A stretch of 64,000 bases of DNA, from assembly GCA_034670305.1 (NCBI GenBank), contig JAXMNT010000001.1, forward strand, positions 1 through 64,000, written 5' to 3'. Origin of the DNA: Deltaproteobacteria bacterium. GTDB taxonomy: Bacteria > Myxococcota_A > Polyangia > Polyangiales > Houyiibacteriaceae. Both the position numbers and the translations under genes were made by a program. Below are positions 1 through 9,308 of this stretch, piece by piece; the first letter of the stretch is position 1, and the number at the start of each line of letters is the position of its first letter. The notes under the pieces are model-generated. The model searched no databases. It worked only from the letters and a program-made list of their open reading frames with translations, and had not been told where the DNA came from.

Positions 1-63
1 CCCGCTGGGCATCGCGCTCCGATTCGCGCCTCGCCGTCGCGAAACACACGGCGTCCACGACGC

Positions 64-122
64 GGGCAAGGGCACGGGCAAGGGCAACGGCAAGGGAGCA
101 GGTCGCTTTTCAGCGACCTGCT
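64..122. repeat. GGGCAA-type hexamer run followed by an 11-bp perfect inverted repeat (AGCAGGTCGCT-TTTC-AGCGACCTGCT)
   Basis: Read directly. Lies just downstream of the DUF1015 stop codon; REP-like or terminator-like. Confidence 0.6.
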
Positions 123-154
123 AGCGGAAGCCACGCAGGCTGCGGCGACGACGG

Positions 155-1324
155 CTAGCCCGCGTACGTGTGGCGGTACAGGAAGAGGCCCGTGAGGATC
201 TTCGGGCTGAAGAACGTGCTCTTCTCCGGCATCACGATGTCCGGATTCTCGAGACCGGCATCGGCGACCGCTTTCAGTTCGTGGATCGCCACCGGGTGGA
301 GCGCGACCGCCACCTCGTAGCGTCCCGCGTCGACCGCTGCGGTCATGTCCTCGAGTGCGTTCTCCGGGTAGTAGTCGAAGTGCGCGGGCATCTTCACGTG
401 GGCGTGGGTCAGCCCGAGCAGCGGGTAGAGCTCCCGCTCGAGGATGGCGCAATCGAGGCGTCCGACGACGTCCTCCGGAACCCGCTGGGCCCGCAGCGTC
501 CACGCTCGGCCGTCCGCGTAGAGTGCGAACGAATGTTTGGCAGGCGTGGCGAACGCATCGCGCGGCTCGAGGTCCAGCGTGGCCTGCACATCCTTGAATG
601 GGATGACGCCCTTGATGACGCGGTCGTACGCGAGAATGTTGGCTTCGTCGGTGACGTACGCGAGGAGGTGCGTCTGCCCCCCGAGCAGGGCTGCGTGGTA
701 GCGGTGGTGACCGTCCGCGATGTAGAGCGACTGGCCCCCGAGCACCCGCCGAATCTCCGCGCCGTGCGGTGAGGTCTCGGTGACGCGCCACACCTTCGAG
801 TGCACGCCATGCAGATCCGTGCCTCCGCCGAAGTCCGACGTGAAGTCGTACAGAGGCGTGCCCGACTTCGCGTCGTTCAGCACCGCGCCGAGTCCGCCGC
901 TCGCCGCAGGCTCCTGGGTGAGCAGGAACACCGGTCCGATCGTGTGGCCGGTGTTTCGCGACAGCGCGATGCGGCCCTGGACCTTGTCGTCGAACGTCTT
1001 CTCGTGGCGGATGACCTCGCGCTTGGCGTAGGGGGTGACCTCCGCGGCAACGAACACGCCCGTGCGCGACGTGCCGCCCCACGACTGTTCGTAGACGTAG
1101 AACGCCGCCTCCGTGTCTTCGACGAGCACGCCTTCGCTCACGAGTCGCTGGAGCGCGCCGACGGGATCGTTCCCGAGCGTGACGTGGAACAGCGACTCCG
1201 AGGTCGCCTCGAGACGCCGCCACAGAGGGCTCGCCTCTTTGATGACATCGTACGGGGGGCAGGTCGTTCGGGCGGCGTGCGCCACGGCCGGCCGCAATCC
1301 CACCAGACCTCGGGTCGCTACCAT
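155..1324 (-). CDS. DUF1015 family protein
   Basis: CPPYDVI, RHEKT, YIADGHHRY and MPEKSTFFSPKILTGL motifs. Start placed at ATG 1324. Confidence 0.9.
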   Translation of the reverse strand: MVATRGLVGLRPAVAHAARTTCPPYDVIKEASPLWRRLEATSESLFHVTLGNDPVGALQRLVSEGVLVEDTEAAFYVYEQSWGGTSRTGVFVAAEVTPYAKREVIRHEKTFDDKVQGRIALSRNTGHTIGPVFLLTQEPAASGGLGAVLNDAKSGTPLYDFTSDFGGGTDLHGVHSKVWRVTETSPHGAEIRRVLGGQSLYIADGHHRYHAALLGGQTHLLAYVTDEANILAYDRVIKGVIPFKDVQATLDLEPRDAFATPAKHSFALYADGRAWTLRAQRVPEDVVGRLDCAILERELYPLLGLTHAHVKMPAHFDYYPENALEDMTAAVDAGRYEVAVALHPVAIHELKAVADAGLENPDIVMPEKSTFFSPKILTGLFLYRHTYAG

Positions 1325-1600
1325 GACCGAGTGGTACCCGTGCCTCCCCGATCCTTCAACCAACGGTTGAAGGATCCACCGCTCGTGGGCTGCATCCTAC
1401 AGCCCGGGTGGATCCAGCCAACCACTGTGGGGCAAATCCAACGACGGACCCATGGGCCGAAGATCCCGCGGCGACTGGCGCATCGTTCGCACCCAAATGC
1501 CGTCTGCCCGGGGAAACCTGGCCTGCTGTGCCGTTGTCGGGTGGCTCGGTTTCAGGGCATTCTTGGCTGCATGGGGAACGAAGTCCGCCCCGCCAGGCCA

Positions 1601-1616
1601 TGGCGTGCTCTTTGCA
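1601..1616 (+). promoter_or_regulatory. putative sigma-54 -24/-12 promoter
   Basis: TGGCGTGCTCTTTGCA has the GG-N10-GC spacing and sits upstream of the 1629-6845 operon. Confidence 0.55.
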
Positions 1617-1628
1617 AAATCGCCCGAC

Positions 1629-1964
1629 ATGGCTGCGGAAACACATGTCGTGCTGTTGGGGGCGAGCCCCACCGCCGCGCGACCTGCGTTGCGGAAGTTC
1701 GCGGACGCATCTGCAGCATTCGCGGCGCTGGAAGGCGCGGCCGGGTTGCTGATCGAACTTCCCATGCAGAACTACGGGGTTTTGGTCGCCATGGCACGCA
1801 AACGCACGCCTCCCATCCAGGTCCTGGTATTGTCGGACGAACCTTCGGCGACACGACGAGAACTGCACCGGCTCGGGTTGAGCGCCGAAGTCCTCGCGCG
1901 GCCCTCCGACTGGTCCGAGACCCAGTGGTCTGAGATCCTCCGGCGCTTCGGTGTCGGCCCATGA
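1629..1964 (+). CDS. small hypothetical protein, possibly a degenerate receiver-like domain
   Basis: Alternating beta/alpha pattern (HVVLLG, LLIELP, IQVLVLS). ATGA overlap with the next ORF. Start uncertain. Confidence 0.55.
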   Translation: MAAETHVVLLGASPTAARPALRKFADASAAFAALEGAAGLLIELPMQNYGVLVAMARKRTPPIQVLVLSDEPSATRRELHRLGLSAEVLARPSDWSETQWSEILRRFGVGP

Positions 1965-3016
1965 AGCATCCCTGTCTTTCTTTGTTCGAGTCCCTGCACG
2001 CACGGAGCACCGCCTCTCTCATGTCCTCTCGCACCACCCCCTTGCTCACCGGCAGCTTGCTCACGGGCATCCTGATGCTCGCGGCAGCACCCGCCCTGGC
2101 TCAGCAACCGCAGGTTCAAGCCGACGTATCAGCCGACGTGCAGGCGACCGCACCCGCTGCGTCCGCGTCCGCGAACGCGGATGGCCCAGCGCTCACCGCC
2201 CTCATCCGGACCGAGGTGCCCGATCCGCAGCTGGCCGACTTCGGTCGCGCGATCGAGCGGGTGGTGCGGGCCCAGGCAACCGACCTGGAGGTCGTCGAGT
2301 TCTCCGGCACGCCGGCCCTGGCCCTCAACGACATCCAGTTGATGGTGGGATGTCTCAGTGAGTCCCAAGAGTGTTTCGACCAGTTCGCGGAGCAGCTCCA
2401 AGTCGAAGCGCTGCTCTTGCCCACGATCGAGCGCGCCGACGACGAGTACATGATCACGGTCACCTACTACGACCGGCGCACTCGGGCGCTGCGGAGCGAA
2501 GCCCGCCGAAGCGCGGGGGGGGACGTGGAGTCCAGTCTCATCGCCGCCATCGACATGCTGCTGCGCGAACTCTTCGACCTGCCGCCCGCACCGGAAGGCA
2601 CCTACGACTTCGGACCGCAGGGCAACGGAACGGTCGACGAGGGCGGCGTCTCCGGCCTCGGCATCGCGCTCACCGCGGTCGGCGTCGCGACGTTGGCAGC
2701 CGCCATCGGTGTGGGGGTCGCGGCGAGCAACGCCAACGACGACTACCTCGCGCTTCCGACGCCGGTCACGCGCGCCGAGGTGGACGCTCTTGCGGATGTG
2801 CGTGCGTCCGCAGAGACCAAGGGCACCGCCGCGACCGCGCTGTACATCGCGGGTGGCGCGGTGGCCGCACTGGGGGTCGTGCTCCTCATCGTGCTCTCGG
2901 GCGGTGGCGACGACGACGAAGATGAAGAAGAAGAAGCTGCGCCGGAACCGGAGGTGGCGTTTGCGCCGATGGTTGGACGCGGGATGATCGGACTTTCGAT
3001 TGGAGGCACGCTGTGA
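1961..3016 (+). CDS. exported PEGA-associated-type protein with two hydrophobic helices and a C-terminal beta-hairpin
   Basis: Signal peptide (LAAAPALA/QQ), two Gly/Ala-rich hydrophobic segments, C-terminus VAFAPMVGRGMIGLSIGGTL. Alternative start at 2021. Confidence 0.75.
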   Translation: MKHPCLSLFESLHARSTASLMSSRTTPLLTGSLLTGILMLAAAPALAQQPQVQADVSADVQATAPAASASANADGPALTALIRTEVPDPQLADFGRAIERVVRAQATDLEVVEFSGTPALALNDIQLMVGCLSESQECFDQFAEQLQVEALLLPTIERADDEYMITVTYYDRRTRALRSEARRSAGGDVESSLIAAIDMLLRELFDLPPAPEGTYDFGPQGNGTVDEGGVSGLGIALTAVGVATLAAAIGVGVAASNANDDYLALPTPVTRAEVDALADVRASAETKGTAATALYIAGGAVAALGVVLLIVLSGGGDDDEDEEEEAAPEPEVAFAPMVGRGMIGLSIGGTL

Positions 3017-4848
3017 GCCGCTTGATGAAGAACTTGGCGCTCACCAGCGCACTCGTGGCCCTCGTCGCCTGTGGCGTGGACGATCACCCCGGCGAGGTCT
3101 GCAGCGACACCGAACCCTGTCCTTCGGGGCAGGAGTGTTATCGCGGCTTCTGCGTCGGTGAAGGCTGCGTGGACGACGAGACACGCGGCTGCTTCACCGG
3201 CGACCGCACCCTGATCGGCATCGGTGAGTGTCTCGAGGGCACCCAGACCTGCGTCGAGGGCGCCTTTGGCGCGTGCCTCGGGCAGGTCATTCCCCGCACC
3301 GAGGTCTGCAACACCTTGGACGACGACTGCGATGGCCGCGTCGACGAGATCAGCGGCATGGAGTGTCCGACCGGGATGCCCGGCGTCTGCGGAGTGGGCA
3401 CCTTGGCGTGCGGGGACAGTGGCGCGATCTGTACCCCGACCACCCCCGCGAGCGACGAAGTGTGCAACTCGCGCGACGACGACTGCGACACCCGCGTCGA
3501 CGAAGGCCTCGAGGGCGACGAGTGTTACCCGGCCGAGACCGAGGGCTGCACCATCGACGAAGACGGCGGCGTCCTGTGCGTGGGCGCTTGCCGTCCCGGC
3601 ACGTTCCAGTGCCAAGAAGACATGACCCGGGCGTGCGTGGGCGCGATCGTTCCAAGCGTGGACCCCGACACCTGCACGCCTCCCGGCGAGCTCGCGGCGG
3701 ACGACGACTGCGACGGGCTGATCGACGAGGACTGCGACTGCGAACTCGACGCGACCCAGAGCTGCTACGGCGGCGCCATGGGAACCGACGGAGTCGGGCC
3801 TTGTATGGCCGGCACGCAGACGTGCGAGATGGTCGATGCGAGCACCAACCGGTTCGGCCCGTGCGTCGGCGCGGTCCTCCCGACGACCGAGACGTGCTCC
3901 AACGAAGGCGTCGACAACGATTGCGATGGCATGCCGGACGATGTCGCGATGCGCGGCATGGTCTGCGTCGAAGAGGGCAATGTCGGCGCCTGCCGGAACG
4001 GGGTCCGAGACTGCGTCGGCACCATGCTCGGCTGCGTGACACCCGAGCCGACCGAGGGCGACGTCTGCAACCTGGCGGACGACGACTGCGACGGTATGAC
4101 CGACGAGGACACCGACACGAGCTCCGACGCGGCGCACTGCGGCATGTGTGGCAACGCCTGCGAGAACGAATGCTGCGATGGTGCCTGCACGGATGTTCGT
4201 TTCGACGAGATGAACTGCGGCGGCTGCGGCATGGATGGCATGGCGTGCGGCGTGGGCCAGGAGTGTTGCGGCGGCATGTGCCGGTCCCCGGCCGAGTGCG
4301 CGGGCTGCGCCGAGGACTGCAGCGCCACGGGCACCAGCTGTTGCAGCATGGCGTGCGTGGACACCATGTCCGACGAGAACAACTGCGGCATGTGCGGCAA
4401 CACCTGTGAGGCCGGCTCGTTCTGCTGCGGAGGCAGCTGTGTGCCGGAGAGCCCCGACAGCTGTGGTCAGTCCTGCACCCCATGTGGTGCAACGGACCTC
4501 TGCTGCGCCGGTGGCTGCGTTCCGCAGGGCGCGATGCACTGCAACACCTGCGGCACGGGATGCGGCGGCGATTGCTGCACCGACGCCCACACCGGCGAGT
4601 GCGTGAACCTGCAGACCGACGAGTCCAACTGCGGGGTCTGCGGGGTCGTATGCCCAGGCGACGACACATGCTCCAACGGAATGTGCTGCGGCGCGGGTCT
4701 CACCAACTGTGGCGGAACGTGCCTCAACGTGAACGGGAACGACCGGAACAACTGCGGGTCGTGCGGACGACGCTGTGCGAGCAGCGGTTGCGGGATTGCC
4801 GGGCTCGGGGCGCAGTCCTGTAGCGGAGGGGTGTGTGGCTGCGGATGA
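3013..4848 (+). CDS. Cys-rich lipoprotein with DDDCDG (MopE-like metal-binding) and Stig1-like repeats
   Basis: Lipobox LVAC, repeated CNxxDDDCDGxxDE and DxxNCGxCG. GTGA overlap with the upstream gene. Confidence 0.85.
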   Translation: MSRLMKNLALTSALVALVACGVDDHPGEVCSDTEPCPSGQECYRGFCVGEGCVDDETRGCFTGDRTLIGIGECLEGTQTCVEGAFGACLGQVIPRTEVCNTLDDDCDGRVDEISGMECPTGMPGVCGVGTLACGDSGAICTPTTPASDEVCNSRDDDCDTRVDEGLEGDECYPAETEGCTIDEDGGVLCVGACRPGTFQCQEDMTRACVGAIVPSVDPDTCTPPGELAADDDCDGLIDEDCDCELDATQSCYGGAMGTDGVGPCMAGTQTCEMVDASTNRFGPCVGAVLPTTETCSNEGVDNDCDGMPDDVAMRGMVCVEEGNVGACRNGVRDCVGTMLGCVTPEPTEGDVCNLADDDCDGMTDEDTDTSSDAAHCGMCGNACENECCDGACTDVRFDEMNCGGCGMDGMACGVGQECCGGMCRSPAECAGCAEDCSATGTSCCSMACVDTMSDENNCGMCGNTCEAGSFCCGGSCVPESPDSCGQSCTPCGATDLCCAGGCVPQGAMHCNTCGTGCGGDCCTDAHTGECVNLQTDESNCGVCGVVCPGDDTCSNGMCCGAGLTNCGGTCLNVNGNDRNNCGSCGRRCASSGCGIAGLGAQSCSGGVCGCG

Positions 4849-6845
4849 GTGACGAACCCATGCACGAGCCGGACGGCGACGACGACGAGATCTTCTCGTT
4901 CGCGGCGCCGGACCCGGTCATCGGAACCCTCGTCGGGGGGCGCTACCGCATCATTCGTCAGCTCGGCGAAGGCGGCATGGGGTTGGTCTACGAGGCCGAA
5001 CACGAGGAGCTCGGTCGCCGCCTGGCGGTGAAGATCATCCGTCCGGAGGCCTGTTGGCATCCGGCGGGCGTCGACCGCTTCCTGCACGAGGCGCGGACCG
5101 CGAGCCGGCTGGGGCATCCGAACCTCGTCGACGTGTTCGACATGGGCCGTCTCGAAGACGGCCGGCCCTACATGGTGATGAAGCTGCTGCGTGGCCGAGA
5201 CCTCGAGCAGCTACTCCGGGAAGAGGGCGCGCTGAAACCGACGCGGGTCGCCGAGCTGCTCAAAGGCCCAGCAGCTGCCCTCGACGCGGTCCACGGGCGC
5301 GGGCTCGTCCACCGGGACGTGAAGCTCGAGAACATCTTCGTCGAGACGCACGACGGCGGCGGCGAGAGCGTGAAGCTGATGGACTTCGGCCTGGCCGCGC
5401 TCCAGCACGTGGGCTCGCGACTCACGCAAGAAGGGCGGGTGCTGGGCACCCCGCACTACCTCGCGCCGGAACTGAGTGGTGGCGACAAAGCGAGTTCGAG
5501 CGCGGACATCTATGCGCTCGCGGTGGTCGCGTACGAACTCATCGCCGGCAAGCTGCCGTTCGACGACGACGACCCGATTCGTTTGCTCGCGGCGAAGATG
5601 GTCCAGGACGCGCCCAAGCTCAGCACGCTGGCGCGGCAGAAGATCTCGAGCCGACTCGACGCGCTCTTCCAACGCGCCCTCAGCCGCGACCCCAAGCGGC
5701 GCGCAGCAACCTGCCAAGAGTTCGTGGCCGAGCTGGAGCTCGTCGCCGAGGGCAAGGACGACGCGTCCGGCACCCAGGAGCTTCCGTTCTCCTTCGATGC
5801 GCCCGGTCCGAGCACGGACCCCGCGCCTCCGATGGACCGCGGCGAGACGATGGACGCCCCGGCGCTGGTCGAGGATGTCGGCCGTCCCAGCACCGAGCCG
5901 GGCCTCGGTCCCGCACCGGCAAAGGGCGACGCGAAGGCCGACGCGAAGGGCGACGCGAAGGCCGACGCGAAGAGCGACGCGAAGGGCGACGCGAAGAGCG
6001 ACGCGAAGGGCGACGCGAAGAGCGACGCGAAGAGCGACGCGAAGGCCGACGACGGAAAGAGCGACGCGAAGGGCGACGCGAACGCCGGCGCCAAGGATTC
6101 GAAGGCCAAGGGCCACCGGACCCCGGTCATCCCGCGGGAGCGGGTCGACAGCCCGCCGGTCGACGTCCCGCAGTCGAAGGCCGGGCTCTGGATGCTTGTC
6201 GCGATCTTGCTGCTCGCAGCCGGTATCGGCAGCTGGATCGCGTTTGGCGGGGGAGACGATGGGCTCCCGCCAGTCGCGACGAACACCGACACGACGATGT
6301 CGCAGTCGCCGGTGGACACGACGATGGGGCTCCTCGAAGAAGGGCCTGACGTCTCCATGCAGACCGAGGTCTCGATGGAGACCGAGACCATGGAAACCGA
6401 GACCGTCGATGTGGCGCCCGTCGCCATGGGCATGTGGATGCGCGCGACCATGGGCATTGAGCGGATCGAGCCGGCCATCGACACGATGCAAACCGAGATG
6501 GTCGAGATGGTCGAGATGGTCGAGATGGTCGAGATGGTCGAGATGGTCGACACGAGTGAGATGCTCGAGCGGGTCGCCGCAGACCGCGAGCGTGCGCGTG
6601 CGCTCACCGCCGAAGGCAACAACCTCTCGCTTCGAGGCCAGCTGCCCGGGGCGATCGACCGCTACCAAGATGCGACCCTCGCCGACCCCCGGTTCTCGGG
6701 TGCGTGGAAGGGGCTGGGAATCGCGAACGAACGCATGGGTCGGAACGCCGAAGCCCGAACTGCCTTCCGGCGCTACCTCCAGCTCGCGCCAAACGCGAAC
6801 GACGCAGACCGGATCCGAGCGCGTCTCGAGCAGCTCGGCGGCTGA
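4845..6845 (+). CDS. Hanks-type Ser/Thr kinase with TM helix and C-terminal TPR
   Basis: GEGGMG, AVKII, HRDVKLEN, DFG, GTPHYLAPE motifs; TM WMLVAILLLAAGIGSWIAF; TPR-like tail. ATGA overlap with the upstream gene. Confidence 0.95.
   Translation: MSDEPMHEPDGDDDEIFSFAAPDPVIGTLVGGRYRIIRQLGEGGMGLVYEAEHEELGRRLAVKIIRPEACWHPAGVDRFLHEARTASRLGHPNLVDVFDMGRLEDGRPYMVMKLLRGRDLEQLLREEGALKPTRVAELLKGPAAALDAVHGRGLVHRDVKLENIFVETHDGGGESVKLMDFGLAALQHVGSRLTQEGRVLGTPHYLAPELSGGDKASSSADIYALAVVAYELIAGKLPFDDDDPIRLLAAKMVQDAPKLSTLARQKISSRLDALFQRALSRDPKRRAATCQEFVAELELVAEGKDDASGTQELPFSFDAPGPSTDPAPPMDRGETMDAPALVEDVGRPSTEPGLGPAPAKGDAKADAKGDAKADAKSDAKGDAKSDAKGDAKSDAKSDAKADDGKSDAKGDANAGAKDSKAKGHRTPVIPRERVDSPPVDVPQSKAGLWMLVAILLLAAGIGSWIAFGGGDDGLPPVATNTDTTMSQSPVDTTMGLLEEGPDVSMQTEVSMETETMETETVDVAPVAMGMWMRATMGIERIEPAIDTMQTEMVEMVEMVEMVEMVEMVDTSEMLERVAADRERARALTAEGNNLSLRGQLPGAIDRYQDATLADPRFSGAWKGLGIANERMGRNAEARTAFRRYLQLAPNANDADRIRARLEQLGG
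5922..6083 (+). repeat. 12-bp coding tandem repeat (DAKG/DAKA/DAKS)
   Basis: GACGCGAAG(GGC/GCC/AGC) units in the cytoplasmic linker of the kinase. Confidence 0.9.
6495..6548 (+). repeat. 9-bp coding repeat (GAGATGGTC)x6 encoding (EMV)6
   Basis: Read directly. Confidence 0.95.
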
Positions 6846-6940
6846 GGACTGTGAATGGGGACTGTGATGGGCTGGTCTCAGTGAGTAGCGAAGGTCACGG
6901 TCCGACGGGGTGCTTGGCCACGATCATTGGGCTTTTCCGC

Positions 6941-6956
6941 CGGCATCGTTGTTGCT
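6941..6956 (+). promoter_or_regulatory. putative sigma-54 promoter
   Basis: CGGCATCGTTGTTGCT has GG-N10-GC spacing, upstream of ATG 7000. Confidence 0.45.
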
Positions 6957-6999
6957 TTGTGAACGTTGCGCTTCCAGGCAGGGGGCAGAGGGAGAAATC

Positions 7000-7746
7000 A
7001 TGAGTACGAGGACGAAGGCGACGCGGTACCGCGCGCAAGGATGGACGACCACGGTGCTGTCGGTGGGAGGCGCCATGGCCCTGACGATGGCAGCGACCAC
7101 CGCGTTCGCGCAGGAGGTTCAGGTCGAGGCCCAGGTCGAGGTCCAAGGGGACGTCCAGGTCGTCGATCAGAGCCAGGTCCCGCCCGTCGATCAGAACGGT
7201 TACCCGCAGCAGCAGCAACAGCAGCAGCCGCAGTACGGCCAGCAGCCGCAGTACGGCCAGCAGCAGCCCCAGTACGCGCAGCCCCAGTACGCCCAGCCGC
7301 AGTACGCCCAGCCGTATGCGCCCCAGCCCCGTCGTCACCGCATCCGGTACCACGAAGGCATGGAGCTGCCGCCGGGCGCGGAGATCACCAACCGAGTGAA
7401 GCTCGGCATGTTGATTCCCGGACTCGCGATCTTCGCGGTCCCCTACATCATCACCGCGATGGCGTACTCCATCAGCAACGACACCGGTGGCGGGATCGAC
7501 CCGACCATTCTGATCCCGGTCGTCGGCCCGTTCATCCAGATCCCCGACGCGAGCAACTCGGCCGCCCGGACCGGCCTCGCGTGGGACGGCATTCTCCAGA
7601 CGGTGGGCCTCGTGCTCTTCGCCGTCGGTGTCATTCCCCGCAAGTACGTCACGTACTACGCGGGCGTGGACGGCGAGCAGCGCTTCTCACTGGCGCCTCG
7701 GTTCGGTCCTGGTGGTGGTGGACTCGACGCCGCCATCCGTTTCTGA
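7000..7746 (+). CDS. exported Gln/Pro/Tyr-rich protein with hydrophobic helices and C-terminal beta-hairpin
   Basis: GGAG RBS, signal peptide ending AFA/Q, QPQYA repeats, C-terminus FSLAPRFGPGGGGLDAAIRF. Confidence 0.8.
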   Translation: MSTRTKATRYRAQGWTTTVLSVGGAMALTMAATTAFAQEVQVEAQVEVQGDVQVVDQSQVPPVDQNGYPQQQQQQQPQYGQQPQYGQQQPQYAQPQYAQPQYAQPYAPQPRRHRIRYHEGMELPPGAEITNRVKLGMLIPGLAIFAVPYIITAMAYSISNDTGGGIDPTILIPVVGPFIQIPDASNSAARTGLAWDGILQTVGLVLFAVGVIPRKYVTYYAGVDGEQRFSLAPRFGPGGGGLDAAIRF

Positions 7747-7888
7747 GCTTGCTCCTTGGGGGCTGTGCCCCCAAGCAATCCGACGCGTCGGATTCTGACG
7801 AGTTCATGGCTTCGAACCTTTGGGTTCGAGGCCATGCACGCGTTCTTGGTGGCCGTCACGGCTGGCTCGCTTCGCGAGACTGGCGGGC

Positions 7889-9277
7889 CTATCGGATGCC
7901 GTGTCGGCGGAGCAGGCTGAACAAGTAGCTCCGGTCCATCTGGGCTTTGCGCGCAGCTTCGGAGACATTGCCGTCTCCGGTCTCGAGCAAGTGCGGCAGG
8001 TACATCGCCTCGAATTGCTCGAGCACGGCCTTGCGGGCTTCCTTGTATGGGAGGTCGAGCAAGTGTCCGACCTGGATGCCGCTGCTCCCTTCGGTGGTTG
8101 CGGACGGCGTCGCGTCCGGCACGACCAGGTCCGGCGTCTCGCCCATCGCCACGGTGGCTTCCACCAGGTTGCGAAGTTCACGCACGTTGCCGGGCCACGG
8201 ATGGCGCATGAGCGCGGTCATGACATCGGGCGGGAAGAGGTCTTCGATCGGCGCTTCGTAGCCGACCGAGCGCGCGAAGTGCGCGGCCAAGAGTGGGATG
8301 TCTTCCGGCCGATCCCGCAGCGGCGGAATGCGCAGCGTCACGACGGCGAGCCGGTAGAAGAGGTCCAGCCGGAACGCGTTCGTGTTTACTTCGGTGCGCA
8401 GATCGCGGTTGGTGGCGCTCACCACCCGAACATCGACGCCGAAGTCTTCGCGCCCCCCGACCCGCCGGAAGCGCCTGCGCTCGAGCGCGCCGAGCAAGGT
8501 GGGCTGGAGGTTGGCCGGAAGTTCGCCGACCTCATCCAGAAACAGCGTGCCGCCATGGGCACGCTCGAACGCACCGATGTGTCGACGGTCCGCGCCCGTG
8601 AAGCTGCCCTTGTCGTGCCCGAAGAGTTCGCTCGCGATCAGCTGCGGGGAGAGCGACGCGCAGTCGACGATCTCGTAGGGTTGCGGCGCGCGTTCGCTCA
8701 GCCGGTGCAGGGCCCGTGCGACGAGCTCCTTGCCCGTGCCGGACTCGCCGATGATGAGTACGGACGCTTGGGTCTGGGCGACTTTGACGATCTGCGCCAT
8801 CAGCCGGCGCGTGGCCTGCGACCGGCCCCACATGCCTTCGAGCACGTCGCCGTCGAACACATCCGCGGTGCCGACGCCGCCATCTTCGACCTGCACCCGC
8901 GTGCGTCCGAGTCGGAGCACGGTGCCCACGGCCACGGTGCCGCGTTCGACGAATACGTTGGACGCGAACGTGCCGTTCGTGGAGCCGAGGTCCCGCACCA
9001 GGACGCCGCGTTCGGTGCGGGTCAGCTCGAGGTGGTACCGGGAGACCGTGCTGTCGTTCAGCACCAGATCGTTGCCGTCGGCGGTCCCGATCGTCAGTTG
9101 TTCGGACTCCACGCGGATGCCCTCGCCGGCGTCCGCGCCCTCGAGGACGCGGACCCCGAGCTTGAGCACAGGCACTCCACGAATGGGGGCATTGAGTTGA
9201 GTGGTCTCGGGCTTTGCCAAACGGAGTCTCCTGGATCGCGGTCCCCGCCGCAGCCTACCACTGTAGGCTCGATCCAA
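7889..9277 (-). CDS. FHA-domain sigma-54-dependent Fis-family activator
   Basis: FHA (IGT..DLVL.DSTVSRYH..DLGSTNGT), Walker A GESGTGKE, GSFTGA, LFLDEVG, WPGNVREL, C-terminal HTH. Exact start uncertain. Confidence 0.95.
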   Translation of the reverse strand: MDRAYSGRLRRGPRSRRLRLAKPETTQLNAPIRGVPVLKLGVRVLEGADAGEGIRVESEQLTIGTADGNDLVLNDSTVSRYHLELTRTERGVLVRDLGSTNGTFASNVFVERGTVAVGTVLRLGRTRVQVEDGGVGTADVFDGDVLEGMWGRSQATRRLMAQIVKVAQTQASVLIIGESGTGKELVARALHRLSERAPQPYEIVDCASLSPQLIASELFGHDKGSFTGADRRHIGAFERAHGGTLFLDEVGELPANLQPTLLGALERRRFRRVGGREDFGVDVRVVSATNRDLRTEVNTNAFRLDLFYRLAVVTLRIPPLRDRPEDIPLLAAHFARSVGYEAPIEDLFPPDVMTALMRHPWPGNVRELRNLVEATVAMGETPDLVVPDATPSATTEGSSGIQVGHLLDLPYKEARKAVLEQFEAMYLPHLLETGDGNVSEAARKAQMDRSYLFSLLRRHGIR

Positions 9278-9308
9278 CAGCTCCGACTGATCACGTCGAG
9301 CGCGCGGG

